Under the pieces are notes generated by a model. It was not told the DNA's origin and ran no database searches. It saw nothing but the letters and a program-made list of their open reading frames with translations. The position numbers and the translations under genes were made by a program. Below are positions 25,801-39,848 of a stretch of DNA of 64,000 nucleotides, in pieces; position 1 is the stretch's first letter; the number at the start of each line of letters is the position of its first letter. Source of the stretch: Octopus vulgaris (lineage: Eukaryota); contig OX597837.1 of NCBI GenBank assembly GCA_951406725.2, positions 9,238,001 to 9,302,000 of the forward strand. Reading direction: 5' to 3'.

Positions 25801-28139
25801 TAAAATATCCTTTAGTGTAATTTACTATAGACGTAACGAGCGCGGAAACACAAACACACTCACAGACATATAGACACTCACAGAATTGGTAATATTGAAA
25901 ATAGCAAAACGTACAAACACAAAGATCAAACGAAACGAAATGTAGTCAATATAGGCACAAAACATACTTTCTGTAGCATAGTTATGCTATACAAATTTTT
26001 GTAAAGGAATATTTCCAAACGAAATATTCCACCGTTGGAAAGTCACCAATTTAGCAAAATTTACTATGGGTCACCAATGTAACAAAATACACAAAGTTAA
26101 TATTTATTTGGAACATGTGTTAAATGTTATAAAATTCACGATTAAATGTCACGGTAAATAAAGTCAAACTACAAGAAAATTCAGTAGGCGTAATTCAATT
26201 TTTCATACACAAATAATTTATTTTGAAACTTTTAAACGAACGCCGAACAAAGTGTGTACAAAGGAATATGTTGTGGGCTGTGAACTTTAATACAAAATAT
26301 TTGCTGGAAGATTTATGTAGGAAGACATAAATTAATTTTACATCACTTACTATTTATTGTAACTGTGTAAATTTATAGGATGTAGAATAAATACTAACGC
26401 TTTAAAAAGGCTGCGCATCGTTGAATACGCACACTGATAAAGCAGCATAAGGTGTGGAATAACATTTCTGTAAAAACATTGGAAGAGCCGCTAAGGCTTT
26501 CTGCTTCGCCAAGTTTCCGAATATATTATAATAACCAGAATGACAAATTTTCTACAGATATATTTGCGAGTGTTGTGATTGTTGTCAAATCAGCCAAATC
26601 TTCATGTCTGTTATAAAAACGAGAATAATATTTCAGCACATAAGTAGTGAAAATCTAGATAGAAGCAAATATAAAATAACACATACTGACCAAACACCAA
26701 AAAAATTAAAACAAATACATAAAATAAAATAAATTTTGTTACACTGTGTAATTTAGCAAAACAGAAATAAGTATCTTTTTTTTTCTCATGTAGAACTATG
26801 CAACATGTTCTAACCATGAACAAATCAACTTCTTTTTATTCAGATTCTACAAATCTACAGTATCTACCCTGTTGTTCATTTACTTCGAGATTAATGTGTA
26901 TTTGAGACGAATTTATATATTGTTTAAAGCATGTTTTTTCTTAAGACATTGCAAGACGCTAGCGTCTAAACCTCGCCTAATTTTTCTAACCAGTAATATG
27001 TAAGTATGAAGTAATTTATATGGCGGCAAGTAAAATGAGAATTTCATGGAGATTTGTAGGTTGTGTGGAATTTATTTAGTTTCTTGTTGTTGGGAATGAT
27101 GTAGATCAAAACTGGAGATAGATTAGTGTATTAAAGGCATTGAATTAGTTTAATCCTGCAATCCATGCCACATAAATAATATTTACGTGATGTATACTAA
27201 CATACCTACATACTTACCTACCTACATACATACATGCATACATACATATATGCATACATACATTAATACATACATGCATATATATATACACACTCATATA
27301 TGTATATTAACAAAAATAATACTATTTGTTTTTTATTAACACGCATGTGTGCCTATGTGTGTGTGTGAGAAAGGAAGAGAGTGCAGGAGGGAGAGAAAGA
27401 GAGACAAAAGGGGGAGGAATAGAGAGAGAGAGAGAGAGAGACAGAGAGAGAGAGAGACCATGGTGCTGGTTCTCTTAAGTGAAAATTCAGCTTTAGAGGA
27501 ATTAATTCAACTGCTTTTTTCTTTCGTATTTTACACACACACGCAGACATATATAAACTTGTACAGACATACAAATTTTCGCACGTTCATAAATGCGCAT
27601 ACACACATACATGCACATACACTTACATATAAGTATAAAGAGAGGGACAGAGAGAAATGGGGGTAGAAGCAGTGCGGAAGAAGCAAGACAGTCAAAAAAG
27701 CCTACTGCTTGCTTAGTAAGTGTTTATAACTGGAGTTGCTTCAGATGTAATTTAGTTTATACAAGAATCAGACCAGGAAATACCATTAGAGATTGCCATA
27801 TCCGGCATTTTCCTGTACCGGATTTGAGTGGGTGATAGAATCGATAATGTTTGAGGCATGAATGATCAAATCCTGTGAACTCTTAGTCGATTTGGTATCT
27901 TGTTTGCACAGTACATTTAATTATTGGGCAAAAATCCTACTATTTCTAAATGCTTTATTTTCATTGTCTGCAAAAATTTTAAAAAAAGGAAAAAGCGAAT
28001 TTGTTTCACTGTTTTAACATATGAATATATTGCGGAGGATATTTAAATGATGGAGGTCCAAGAGCTTCCGGCTCGAATATGTTTCTACTTTAGTTTCTCC
28101 TTAGATAAGCTGAGCAAATTTATATCACGCTATGAGAAG

Positions 28140-28433
28140 ATGGCCCAGTGGTTAGGGCAGCGGACTCGCAGTCGGAGGATCGCGGTTTCGATTCCCAGAC
28201 CGGGCGTTGTGAGTGTTTATTGAATAAAAAACAATTAAAGCTCCACGAGGGTCTGGCAGGGGGTGGTGGCGAGCCCTGCTGTACCCTTTCGACACAACTT
28301 TCTCTCACTCTTTCTTGTGTTGGCCTACTCGCTTAGCCTGCGGGGTGGCGTCATTTGAAGGCTAAAGCAATGTGAAGCGCATTGTGACCAGCGATGTGTA
28401 AGAATATCTGATGGCCTGGTCGGTCACGGTGAT
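28140..28433 (+). mobile_element. SINE family C (alternative 3' tail)
   Basis: TGGCCCAGTGG A-box, GTTTCGATTCCC B-box, tail ...gtgaccagcgatgtg...ggtcggtcacg. Confidence 0.8.
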
Positions 28434-28636
28434 CAAGATGATGAGAAGATTTTAGAAGATATTTATAGAGGTAAAATCGCTTCCGGTTTCAACATGTCAT
28501 TGCTTAAGTTTCACACAGTAATGGCTGAGAGAAAACATGCCAAACTATGGTCAGGTATATAGAATATTTGATAATGGAGATACAACTGCTTCCGGTTTCA
28601 GTGTGCCTCTGTTTCATTTAAACATTCATAAGGGAG

Positions 28637-29075
28637 GAATTGTCTTCCCAATAGTAACATATGGATGCGAGACCTGGACACTAAAGAAAGCTGACCAGAA
28701 GAGAATAAATGCATTCGAGCTTTGGTGTTGGAGAAGACTTTTACGGATTCCATGGGCAGCGAGGCTCACCAATGGAGAAGTTCTTAAGCAGATCAGGCAG
28801 AAAATATCGCTAGAAGGTAGGATCACCAAGCATAGATTGGCATATTTCGGTCATATTATGCGGAGAAAATCCCTGGAGAAGGACATTATGCTCGGAATGG
28901 TCAGTGGTAAGAGAGGAAGAGGCCGACCAAGAACCCGCTGGCTTGACACCATCAAGAGTGATACGGGAATGGACATAGCCAATCTGAAAGAAGCGGCCCA
29001 GGATAGAACTGGCTGGAGGACACTGACACATCGAGTAACCGAGAGTCGACTTTGACTGAGCGGATAGATAGATAG
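28637..29075 (+). pseudogene. RTE-clade (BovB-like) LINE 3' fragment
   Basis: IVFPIVTYGCETWTLKKADQKRINAFELWCWRRLLRIPW...YFGHIMRR..LEK.IMLG...GRPRTRWLD, then a (GATA)n tail. Confidence 0.88.
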
Positions 29076-29639
29076 AAGGGGTGAATATGCCAAGTTATTA
29101 GCAGGTTTTATACTATATGTCGATCTGGATGTACCACTGCCCCTGGTTTCAATGTACAGCTCTTTCTGTTTCACATTGCAAGAGCGGGGAGAAAACATTC
29201 CACGCTATGAGCATATTTTAGCTTTGCATGAGACACAAAACTATTGTATGCGCAGATACTTTTTATAACATAAGAGATAAGAGACATTAAATTTCATTCT
29301 TGCATCCGACTCAAGATGTTATTGTTAATCACGTTTTTACGTTCCATCGCGGCCACAACCGTGCAACGACAGCGCTATGATAAAATAACCTAACAGCTAA
29401 CATAATCCCACCTTCCTTCAATTAAAACGACCACACTACTATAGCTACTATAGCTACAACTGCTATTTTTATTGTTATAAGACAGCTTGCCGGCAGAAAC
29501 GTTAGCAAGTTGGACAATAGGCTGAGCGATATTTCTTCGGTCTTAATGTTCGTATTTCCCCGAAGTCAACTTTGTATTTCATCACTGTCTGCAGTCGATA
29601 TGTACCAGTCAGTTACTTGGGGGTCTATTCAATCGACTT

Positions 29640-29877
29640 CTTCTTCTTCTGGCGCCCACCTTTTAAAGCCTAGCCAGGCTCATGGGCCCGGTTTCCAGTT
29701 TCTACAGCGTATGTGTTCCCCAGCTGGACGGAACGCCAGTCCATCGCAGCTGAGTGGACTGGAGCAACGTGAAATGAAGTGTTTTGCTCAAGAACACAAC
29801 GCGTCGCCTGGTCCAGGAATCGAAACCACAATCTTACGATCGTGTTGCTGACACCCTAGCCATTAAGCCACGCGCCT
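29640..29877 (-). mobile_element. tRNA-derived SINE with CORE-like middle and (GAA)n tail
   Basis: Minus strand reads GGCGCGTGGCTTAATGG...GTTTCGATTCC. The 3' module gcgatggactggcg.ccgtccag is shared with the 13326 copy. Confidence 0.75.
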
Positions 29878-30002
29878 CGACATTCAGTAGATTACTCCCT
29901 TCAAAATCTGCTGGATTTGTGCCGAAATATATTCATTATGTGTATTATCATAATGATCATCATCATCATCATAATTATTATCATGACCACTGATAATAAT
30001 CG

Positions 30003-30053
<51 letters not shown>

Positions 30054-30856
30054 TTATTACTACTACTACTTCTACTACTACTACTACTATTTCTATTACT
30101 ACTATTTCTACTACTACTACTACTATTACTACCATTTGTAATGATGATAATCAACCCCTTCGTCATTATGATCATTATCGTAATCCCCCGCACTCTTCCT
30201 TCTCCTCTTTCGGTTCCTCCTCCTCAACAATATCAACATCACCACCATCATCATCGTCATCATCACCATTTGTTGTTTCTTTTAGAAATTCTTTGATCCT
30301 GTCTAACAAGCAAAAGAAATATTGTTTAATCTTTTGATTAAAAATTTATTTTTTTTTTGTAAATTCTTTTTTTTTCTTCATCCCCAGCTTCGTCTTTGAG
30401 ATTTGCGCTTCTCAGCCAATGTTGAGTACCTTTAGCTCAACCACTTGTACATTGTTCAAATCTTTCTCAAGTATTGGTCATATGTCGTATATATATTGCA
30501 ACTATTCCTCGCAGCATATTTTTAAAATGCCATATTGTAGTGCCACGCTTAGCTCCGTTCTTAAAAGTTGTTTTTCTTTTGCTACTTTCGTTCATTTAAT
30601 TCAAATCTATTATTTCTTTATTCTTCTCACAGAAATCTGTTACGTCAGCCTCTTCAAAGTTCGTTCATTCTTTCTGAAGTCGGAAAACCAATCTTTGATT
30701 CGCAGCTACTTGTATTATTTATACTTTTATTCTTTGTAGACTGGATATATCATGATAATTTTCCTGTTGCATGTCATCACTAATTCTCTGCATTCGTGGC
30801 AAAAATATTTTTCATATTTTCCTACTTATATATGAGACATATTTAATGTATCCGAG

Positions 30857-31695
30857 AAGGCGGTAAGCTGGCAGAATCGTTAACACGCCGGGCGAAATGC
30901 ATAGCAGTAATATGTCTGCCGTTACGTTCTAAGTTCAAATTCACCCGAGGTTGACTTTACCTTTCATTTTTTCGGGGTCGATTAAATAAGTACCAGTTAC
31001 AAGCTGGAGTCGATGTAATCGACTTAATCCGTTTGTCTGTCCTTGTTTGTCCTCTCTGTGTTTAGCCCCTTGTGGGTAGTACTAAAAAAAATTGTCCGGG
31101 GCTACGTTGAGTTCAAATTCCTCCGAGGTCGACTTTGCCTTTCATCCTTTAGGGGTCGATAAATTAAGTACCAGTTGCATACTGAAGTCGATCTAAATGA
31201 CTGGACCCCTTATCCCAAAATTTTGGGCCTAGAATAGAAAAGAATCGTTAGCACGCCGGGCGAAATGCTTAGAAGTATTTTGTCGGCTGGTACGTTCTGA
31301 GTTCAAATTCCGCCGAGGTCTTCTTTGCCTTCCATCCTTTCAAGGTCGATAAATTAACTACCAGTTGCATACTAGGGTCGATCTAGACGATTACATCTCT
31401 CCGCAAAACTTTCGGGCCTTGAACTTAGAATAGAAAAGAATCGTTAGCACGCCGAGCGAAATGCTTAGAAGTATTTTATCGGCTGGTACGTTCTGAGTTT
31501 AAATTCCGACGGGGTCGACTTTGCCTTTCATCCTCTGAAGGTCGATAAATTAAGTACCAGTTGTGTACTGGAGTCGATCTAATCGACTGGCTCCCTCCCC
31601 CAAAATTTCGGACCTAGAGTAGAAAAAAATGGCTAGCACGCCGGGCGTAATGCTTAGTGGTATATTGTCTGCCGCTACGTTCTGAATTCAAATTC
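30857..31695 (+). repeat. SINE B tandem array (~5 units, mixed long and short tails)
   Basis: Head aaggcggtaagctggcagaatcg, then repeated gagttcaaattcc..gtcgactttgcctttcatcc units. Confidence 0.88.
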
Positions 31696-31904
31696 TGAAT
31701 TCCATTGTTTATATTTCATTTTTAACTCTAGTACTTATTCCGGTTGGACTGAACTCAAAAAACGTGGAAAACAAACGTGCTCCTTAACCATACAGCCATT
31801 CCTTCACCCTTGTTCTTGACAGAAGGCACATACTTTTGTATTGTGCCAATCTACACTCCTGGAAATAACTACCAACCGACTGCTAAACACCTTTCTCGTA
31901 TTCT

Positions 31905-31949
<45 letters not shown>

Positions 31950-31989
31950 ACACTCTCTTTATCCCTATTTCTTACACACACACACTCTC

Positions 31990-32166
31990 TCTCTCTCTGT
32001 TTGTGGGGTCAACCACGTCCTCCGCTTCATTTTTTGTTATTCACTCATTATCATTTAATTGTATATATTTTAATTGTTTGTTTATTCATATATTTCGTCT
32101 CATTCGATACCCTGACCCCAACGTTTGTTTTGTCCCCTCTTTTTCTCAACCTTATGGTGAATAAAG

Positions 32167-32171
<5 letters not shown>
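31990..32171 (+). mobile_element. Probable Tx1/L1-like 3' UTR fragment inside (CT)n
   Basis: Ends AATAAAGAAATA directly against (CT)n, like the 3' end at 55273-55288. No ORF. Confidence 0.4.
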
Positions 32172-32203
<32 letters not shown>

Positions 32204-32775
32204 CTGGCCTTCAGCTGCCAATTCTTAGATGATTCACTTCATCAAATAAGAAAGGATTAGGTGTATGTCTGTCTATAACTGCTCGCGACTACACAGGCAC
32301 CTTATGAAATTATTGAAAGTATGGTGCAGTCCACCAGCTGTTGTTCTTTTGTGTATGACGACGCAACACTTCGTTATCCAAATAGTTTCTCAATTACGTT
32401 TTCATCGTCTAGCCTTTCTAATTCATTTAGCTTTCTATAGAAAATACGAAAACTATATCTTACTACGAGAACAACTTGATTATAAATGACAATAACTATG
32501 TTTATTTGCTTTTAGCTCTGTATTTACGATTAATCTAATGTGTGTCTTCTTTCTACACCATTTATTTCATTTGTGAGTGCTGTTCTTATCTATCGAGTTC
32601 ATAAACTCATTAATTCTATGTATTGACTCTTCGTAAGTCTGTTTTGTGACGAATTCTCATCTCTCCGACTGCTTTCCATCTGTTACGTGTTATCTCATTC
32701 AGTAATTAAAATGCGGCCGCGCTGGGGCACTGGTTTGAAGTGCTTTTAGTCGATGAATTCGTACCTAGTATTTAT

Positions 32776-33513
32776 GGACAGACAAACGGATTAAGTCGAT
32801 TACATCGACCGCAGTGCGTAACTGGTACTTATTTAATCGACCCCGAAAGGATGAAAGGCAAAGTCGACCTCGGCGGAATTTGAACTCAGAGCGTGGCGGC
32901 AGACGAAATACCTATTTCTTTATTACCCACAAGGGGCTAAACATAGAGAAGACAAACAAGGACAGACAAACGGATTAAGTCGATTACATCGACCGCAGTG
33001 CGTAACTGGTACTTATTTAATCGACCCCGAAAGGATGAAAGGCAAAGTCGAACTCGGCGGAATTTGAACTCAGAGCGTGGCGGCAGACGAAATACCTATT
33101 TCTTTATTACCCACAAGGGGCTAAACACAGAGAGGTCAAACAAGGACAGACAAAGGGATTAAGTCGATTATATCGACCCCAATGCGTAACTGGTACTTAA
33201 TTTATCGACCCCGAAAGGATAAAAGGTAAAGTCGGCCTCGGCGGAATTTGAACTTAGAACGTAACAGCAGACCGAAATACCTATTTCTTTACTAGACACA
33301 AGGGGCTAAACACAGAGAGTAGAAACAAGGGCAGACAATGGATTAAGTCGATTACATCGACCACCGTGCATAACTGGTACTTAATTTATCGACTCCGAAA
33401 GGATGAAAGGCGAAGTCGACCTCGGTGGAATTTGAACTCAGAACGTAGCGGCAGACAAAATACGGCTACACATTTCGGCCAGCGTGCTAAGGATTCTGCC
33501 AGCTCGCCGCCTT
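32776..33513 (-). repeat. SINE B tandem array (4 units, ~184-bp period)
   Basis: ggacagacaaacggattaagtcgattacatcgacc recurs at ~32776, 32960, 33143 and 33330. Head at 33513. Confidence 0.9.
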
Positions 33514-33539
33514 AGAGTGAATATATAATTGTATAAACA

Positions 33540-35236
33540 AAGACCTCATTTCCAGAACAAGACAAAGGATTTTTCATTTATGAATCATGATATATCAATT
33601 GCGGATGAACAGGGCCGTATTCGATGGTGAAAATACATTGTCAGTACTGACAGACGGTTACCATAAAGAATGGCTTGCAATTTATTCGCATGTTTAGCGT
33701 ATATATTTATTGGGCGCTATTGAAATCATGGATAACATTCAGAGAATGGATGGCCAGAAATCTGTATATTAACCAATCAGTGTGAAATCGAAACCCCTTC
33801 TGTGCATTCCACCGCTCCGAATGTCCGTTTAGTGATCAGCTATTGCTACAACGTTTTTATCACAAACAACAGCCATTTCAGACTTCTGGAAAGGAGTTTC
33901 TTTATCGGGTATTTATAAATTCTCTGAGAAATTATTGTGATTATGTTTCTGTACGCTGTAAACAGGCAGATTAAGTGCCTGTATATTTTAATAGCGGTTG
34001 TTTCTCCAGTTACAGGATTTCAAATATGGTTCATCTTCTCAATTGGCCACTACAATGCTATTTCTGGCGGCTTTTTCATTGTGTTATTCCATGATGTTGG
34101 TAGTAGTCTCTATACGATTATTCAATATTCTAAGAAAATATTTAGAAGATTATATATAATTTTCTGGTGCCTTCCGGGGGTTTCTTCCAATCTACATCTT
34201 GTGTTGAAATAGTCTTACGCGGTTTTCAGAAAGTGCACTTGTGTTGTTCCCGCCTATCCATGACCACATTACACACACACACACACACAGACGCACACAT
34301 TATGCATCTACATACATATATGCACCACACACACACACATATATATATATACGCATATACACACAAACGCATACACACACAGCCATATGCATGCATATAT
34401 GCATATGCATATGTGTGTGTATATACATATATATATACGTGTATATGTATATGCGTGTATATATATGCGTGTATATATATATGTATATATGTATATGTAT
34501 TCATGTATGTATATGTATATATATGCATATATATATGTATATTTACGTGTATATATATGTATCTATATATACATGCATATATATGCATACATATATGTAT
34601 ATGTACATGCATATATATATGTATGTATATATACATGTATATATATATATATGTATATATATATACGTGTATATGTATATACATGTATATATCTACATAT
34701 ATATATGTGTATATATATATATGTATATATATACATATATACACATGTATAGATATAAACATATATATATATATACATATATATACATACATATATGTAG
34801 ATATATACATATATATATATACATATATATATGTATGTATATCGCGTCCCAAAATTTCTGTTATTGCTGGTCTTGGCGATGCTGTCGGTCTTGTAGCGGT
34901 CGATGCTACAGTATTGTTGTCGTTTTTTTTTTCTCTTTTTACCTGGTTTTCGATAAAATCGTTTTAAGTTTGAATTCGAGCTGTTTGTCTTCTTCAAAAG
35001 AACCGCTGTCGTCTTTTCATCTCCCTGATTCTTTGCGATTTTTGTGGTGTATCTCTTGTTTCAAACGCTATTTGATTCCGGGTACATCTTTTGTTGTTCT
35101 CTCATATATCCATAGTAATTCTGTTTTTCATTCCTGACGTTTTCTTTATTGATTTCTTTCCCCGGATTGAGATATCTTTTCTCTGTTTTTATTCATCGCC
35201 TTTCTTTTCCATATATATCTTTATATATATACATAT

Positions 35237-35302
<66 letters not shown>

Positions 35303-35315
35303 GTATGTATATCTT

Positions 35316-35356
<41 letters not shown>

Positions 35357-35491
35357 AAAATAATGTATATATATATGTATTTTTATAAAGATATGCATAT
35401 ATATATAAAGATATATATATATACATATTTATATATATAGATATGTATATATATATATATAAAGATATACATACATACATACATATATATA

Positions 35492-35534
<43 letters not shown>

Positions 35535-35578
35535 ATATGTATGTATATATATAAAGAAATATATATATATATAAAGAT

Positions 35579-35620
<42 letters not shown>

Positions 35621-36320
35621 ATGTATTTGTTTTCAAAGTTATTGACTTATGTTTTGATATTTCTCTACGAGTTGATCTCAAAGAAAGCCCACATTCCTTT
35701 GAAAACTTCCCAGTCTGCTGTTGTCTACGTTGTTTTTGTGTAGCCTGGTAATATCGATGTTCTTCTACGATGACCAACGCTGCTCTTTATTTCATCCTCT
35801 CAAGCTCTATCACCGAAGCTTCCATTCATCGCTTTGTAGGAAGTTCATTCGATTTTCATTATATAACTATTTCCATCTTGACAATATAGTCATACTCATA
35901 ATTTCCATCTTTACAATTTTCTGTACTTAAGTCTGCCTCATATTCCTATTCACATTTTCATTTAAGCTACTCTGTTTCGGTGTGTGTGTTGGAAATCTGA
36001 AATATAATTTCACCGAGTCTTATTAGTTATTTTTGGTCGGTTCTATAACAATAATTTTCTATGCTGACATTTTTATTCCTGTTGTTTAGCAGTTAGTTAC
36101 TTTCTCTTTATTTTCGATGCTTTCCTTTTGTTGTTTAGAAAATGTAACTTGTTTTTTTGTTGTTTTTTTTTTTTGTTTAATTCACCTCGTGTGTTTGGAT
36201 AAATATTCTCGGTCATATTAGTGTTATTCCCTCTCCTGATGGCATATGTTTCTCTTTTGGTAGTCTGTAAAATTGGCATGTTGTTCCGAAAAGTACGTTT
36301 TGTAGAATTATATGTTACCA
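33540..36320 (-). pseudogene. Highly decayed R4/Dong-type LINE (N-terminal region to RT), broken by microsatellites
   Basis: Minus strand gives IYRHLICLFTAYRNIITIISQRIYKY (cf. NYRPITCL..YK.....I..RIY), QKGFD (cf. KAFD) and NLKRFYRK. Confidence 0.5.
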
Positions 36321-36337
36321 CTGGTCGGATTTTCTAT

Positions 36338-36870
36338 CATCATCATCATCATCATCGTTTAACGTCCGCTTTTCATGCTTGCACGTTTGACCGTGGGCTG
36401 GCGAACCAGATGGCTGCAAAAAGCTCCAATCTTGATTTGGCAGAGTTTCTACAGCTGGATGCCCTTCCTAACACCAACCACTCCGAGAGTGTAGCGGGTG
36501 CTTTTACGTGCCACCGGCACGGGGGCCAGTCAGGCGGTACTGGCAACGACCTCTTTCGAATTGTTACACATGGGCCAGTCAGGCGGTCCTGGCGATGACC
36601 TCGCTCGAATTTTTTACACATGCCAACGGCACAGGTGCCAGTAAGGCGATGCTGGTAACGATCCCGCTCGAAAGGTGCCTCCTACATGCCACCGGCACGG
36701 AAGCCAGTTAGCCGCTCTGGCAACGATCACGCTCAGATGGTGCTCTTAGCACCCTTCTAGCACGGGGCACAAGTGCCAGTAATGCGAGGCTGGCAATGAT
36801 CACGGTCGTATGGTGCGTGTGCCCGTCATCAAATTTCACTTTGATTTTGGTTTCGGTTGATTTTGATTTT
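36338..36870 (-). mobile_element. SINE-like element with RTE-type (GAT)n tail and internal GC-rich tandem subrepeats
   Basis: Minus strand has ggttggtgttaggaagggcatccagctgtagaaac...ggacgttaaacgatgatgatg. Internal repeats of gccagt..ggcg..ctggcaacga. Confidence 0.7.
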
Positions 36871-37292
36871 GGTTTCTTTCCAACAAACATTTATAAATAA
36901 AAGAGGCAGGCAACATGTTGCTCAGCCACCTGATGAAAGACATGGAGTTTATATTCCTAATTTAGAAACGCGTTCGTACATAACCATTAGACTTTGCTTT
37001 CGTTATTTCTTCCTTCTGCTTTGCATTTGTGAATTACAGGGATATGCCGTATGTGGAGTCTCATTTGTAGAAAATAGAAATAAACAGTCTCTGACTGCTA
37101 TTTCTAATTTTTCGGTATGTGGCTAAGCAACCTGTTGTCTACCTCTTTTATTTATATACAATATATATATATTGAACTTTTATAAATGTTCCTACCGTTA
37201 ATGGTTATATTTACATGCCGAAATCTACCCGTAAATAATTGTTTTTTAAACCATTAAAGTTATTATTTACCCTTACTATATTACCAACAAGT

Positions 37293-37594
37293 GGAGGCGC
37301 AATGGCCCAGTGGCCCAGCGGGCTCGCGGTCGTACGATCGCGGTTTCGATTCCCAGACCAGGAGTTGTGAGTGTCTATTGAGTGAAAACACCTAAAAGCA
37401 ACCACGAGGTTCCGGCAGGGGGTGGTGATCCCTGCTGTACTCTTTCACCACATTTTCTTTCACTCTATCTTCTGTTGGCCTGCTCGCTTAGCCAGCGGGG
37501 TGGCGTCATTTGAAGGCTAAAACAATGCGAACGCATTGTGACCAGCGATGTGTAACAAAATCTGATGGTCTGGTCGGTCACCTGATCACGTGAT
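37293..37594 (+). mobile_element. SINE family C
   Basis: Homologous to 28140-28433. Confidence 0.8.
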
Positions 37595-37619
37595 ATTACC
37601 AACAAACATTTATATTTAG

Positions 37620-38515
37620 AAAATGGATGCATCTTGTTTACTTGTATTGTTCGGCCGCATCAGTTCAGACGGTAGAAGTATGGGTAACAATTGTTCGGAT
37701 TTTGTGTCCAATCAACGATTGTATTCATAAACTGGATGCATCATGTTACCTGTAAAATTTCGGAGGGTCGGCTATTTAATTATGTTGCTCGTCTTACCGA
37801 GTTGGGTCCTACGTACTGTGTTCTCTTCTCTGAGGATTCAGCTGGGGGGGGGGGGGGTCACGGCTCATATTAGTCGGCTACATCGTCATCATCATTGTTC
37901 GACCGTGGTCGAGACAATGGAATTTACTATGCTACGCCAGACTTCACGGTCCATCATAGCATTACGGAGGTCCTGTTGCTGGATGCCTGTATCCCTGGAG
38001 ATTACATCAGTGTAGGAGAGTGTGCACCCTCTGGTATCGCGAGCAGATGGCTTCCCGAAGAGAAGAGTAGAATTTACCTCGTTTTCAGCTCTACAACCAT
38101 GTCCAGCAAACTGGACTCTCCTACCTTTCACAAGAGATGACACAGGTGGTAGTTTCCCATATATTTGTACTTTGGTTAGATGACGCTTCCACGAGAGATT
38201 TTGAGCTCTCATAAGGAGGCGAATGTAAGTTCTATCCAACTGCCTCTCAAGCTTCTTTGATCAACGTCCAGGTTTCTGAGCCATATAGCAGAATTGGTTC
38301 GACTGTGGCTTTGAAGATTTTAAGTTTGAAATCTCTACTTAAATTTGATGACCACGTGGCCACAGCGTACGAGCAGGTATCTGACAGTGATTAAGGACTG
38401 ACCGGAACACTGCTGGTTGGGGTTACCCGGGATGACCCGAGCAAACACCAAAAAATGGCGGATGGCTGCAGCGATGCGATGCGCTGCAACGGCGAATGTG
38501 CCCATACGTGACCAA
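37620..38515 (+). pseudogene. Old RTE-like LINE 3' remnant split by a younger insertion
   Basis: SDFVSNQRL / HVTCKISEGRLFNYVARL..GP..VL.SED..G upstream of the insertion; W.V..DDP / WRMAAAMRC downstream. Confidence 0.5.
37883..38350 (-). pseudogene. RTE/RTEX-like LINE 3' fragment
   Basis: FKLKIFKATVEPILLYGSETWT..LDRTYIRLLMRAQNLSWK..RRVQFAGH..AMMDREVWR, then a (TGA)n tail. Confidence 0.82.
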
Positions 38516-39046
38516 TACATTTTCGTCTCCATTTCTGATTTATTTAAAGAAATTCGAAGAAATTCAGACACTGTAAGCATCAAGGCATGTTTCCCTCGAT
38601 ACCACGGCAATCACTAACCTGATTAGAACTTTCAGACTCTTGATATTCCAACGGTGTTTTTGTGATGCGAAAAATTTCTTGCTTGGCTCTGATACACCCA
38701 TTTATTCATTTCCCATTGCTCTTAGTTCATTAGTTTTATTGTATTTATTCCTAACTATTTTCTTTTATTACTTCCACTTATTTTATTATTGTTTGCTTAG
38801 ACCAGAATCAATTCAATTATTTCTATCGATGATATATATCCTATATACTTTTTTTTTTTTACAATAAAACAATGTTTAGTCCTCAAACACAGGAGGCCAC
38901 AAGATATTTGCACAAAAATGAATAAAACAAAATGAAGTAATGGAAAATAAAACAAAACAAATACACAAACTATCAGACAAATAACCAAGCAAAATATCTA
39001 CATAGCATTTCTATTTACTTATAATTTCATTGCATTATTATTATTA

Positions 39047-39101
<55 letters not shown>

Positions 39102-39126
39102 CATTACTATTATTATTATTATTACC

Positions 39127-39163
<37 letters not shown>

Positions 39164-39639
39164 CTATTATTATTATTACCATTATTATTATTATTATTAT
39201 TATCGTTGTTGTTGTTGTTTTGATGTTGATGATGATGATGATGATGATGATATTTGTTACATTATATGTTTCCGTGTTATTATTTTTTTTATGGGTAAAC
39301 AGGTATGAAGAAAAATCCGAGTTTCGCACCATTAATTTTTGGCTTGGAAGTTACAACTGATACATCGGACGAAATTGTCCATAATTAATATCATATCAAT
39401 AAATAGCAGTAATAATAATAATGATAATAATATTAATAATAATAATGGTATTTGCTAAAGTTGTCCATGAATTTGTACAAAATGTGTTACAAAAGCGAAT
39501 ATAGGACATGTAAGAATGAAATCATATATATATATATATAATTCTTAATCAGTTATGATGTTGACATTGACTTCGTAGATTTAGGTGGCCGAAATTTCGA
39601 AGTCACTCAAAACCATATCCTTTTTTCAGAATCCTTTCT

Positions 39640-39848
39640 ACTGAAGGTACAAGGCCTTGAAAGTTTGGGGCAAGGGGACTAGTCGATTACATCGATCCTA
39701 GTACGCAACTAGTACTTAATTTATCGATCCGGAAAGGATGAAAGGCAAGGTCGACCTCGGCGGAATTTGAACTCAAAACGTATCGGGAGTCGAAATACCT
39801 CGAAGCATTTCACTGGGCGAGCTAACAATTCTGCCAGCTCGCCGCCTT
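39640..39848 (-). mobile_element. SINE B monomer (short tail)
   Basis: Reverse complement of the family B head and core. Confidence 0.8.

Noticed and set aside
26380-26560. LRIVEYA, reminiscent of a pogo/Brinker DNA-binding domain
   Set aside because: Too short and interrupted to support.
28537-29055. 172-aa ORF as an intact gene
   Set aside because: The first ~33 codons are flanking DNA fortuitously in frame with a 5'-truncated RTE fragment.
34167-35137. Long ORFs of 208-298 aa rich in Y/I/C/H
   Set aside because: A degenerate (TA/CA/TG)n tract that lacks stops by composition. The same applies to the YIYI ORFs throughout the window.
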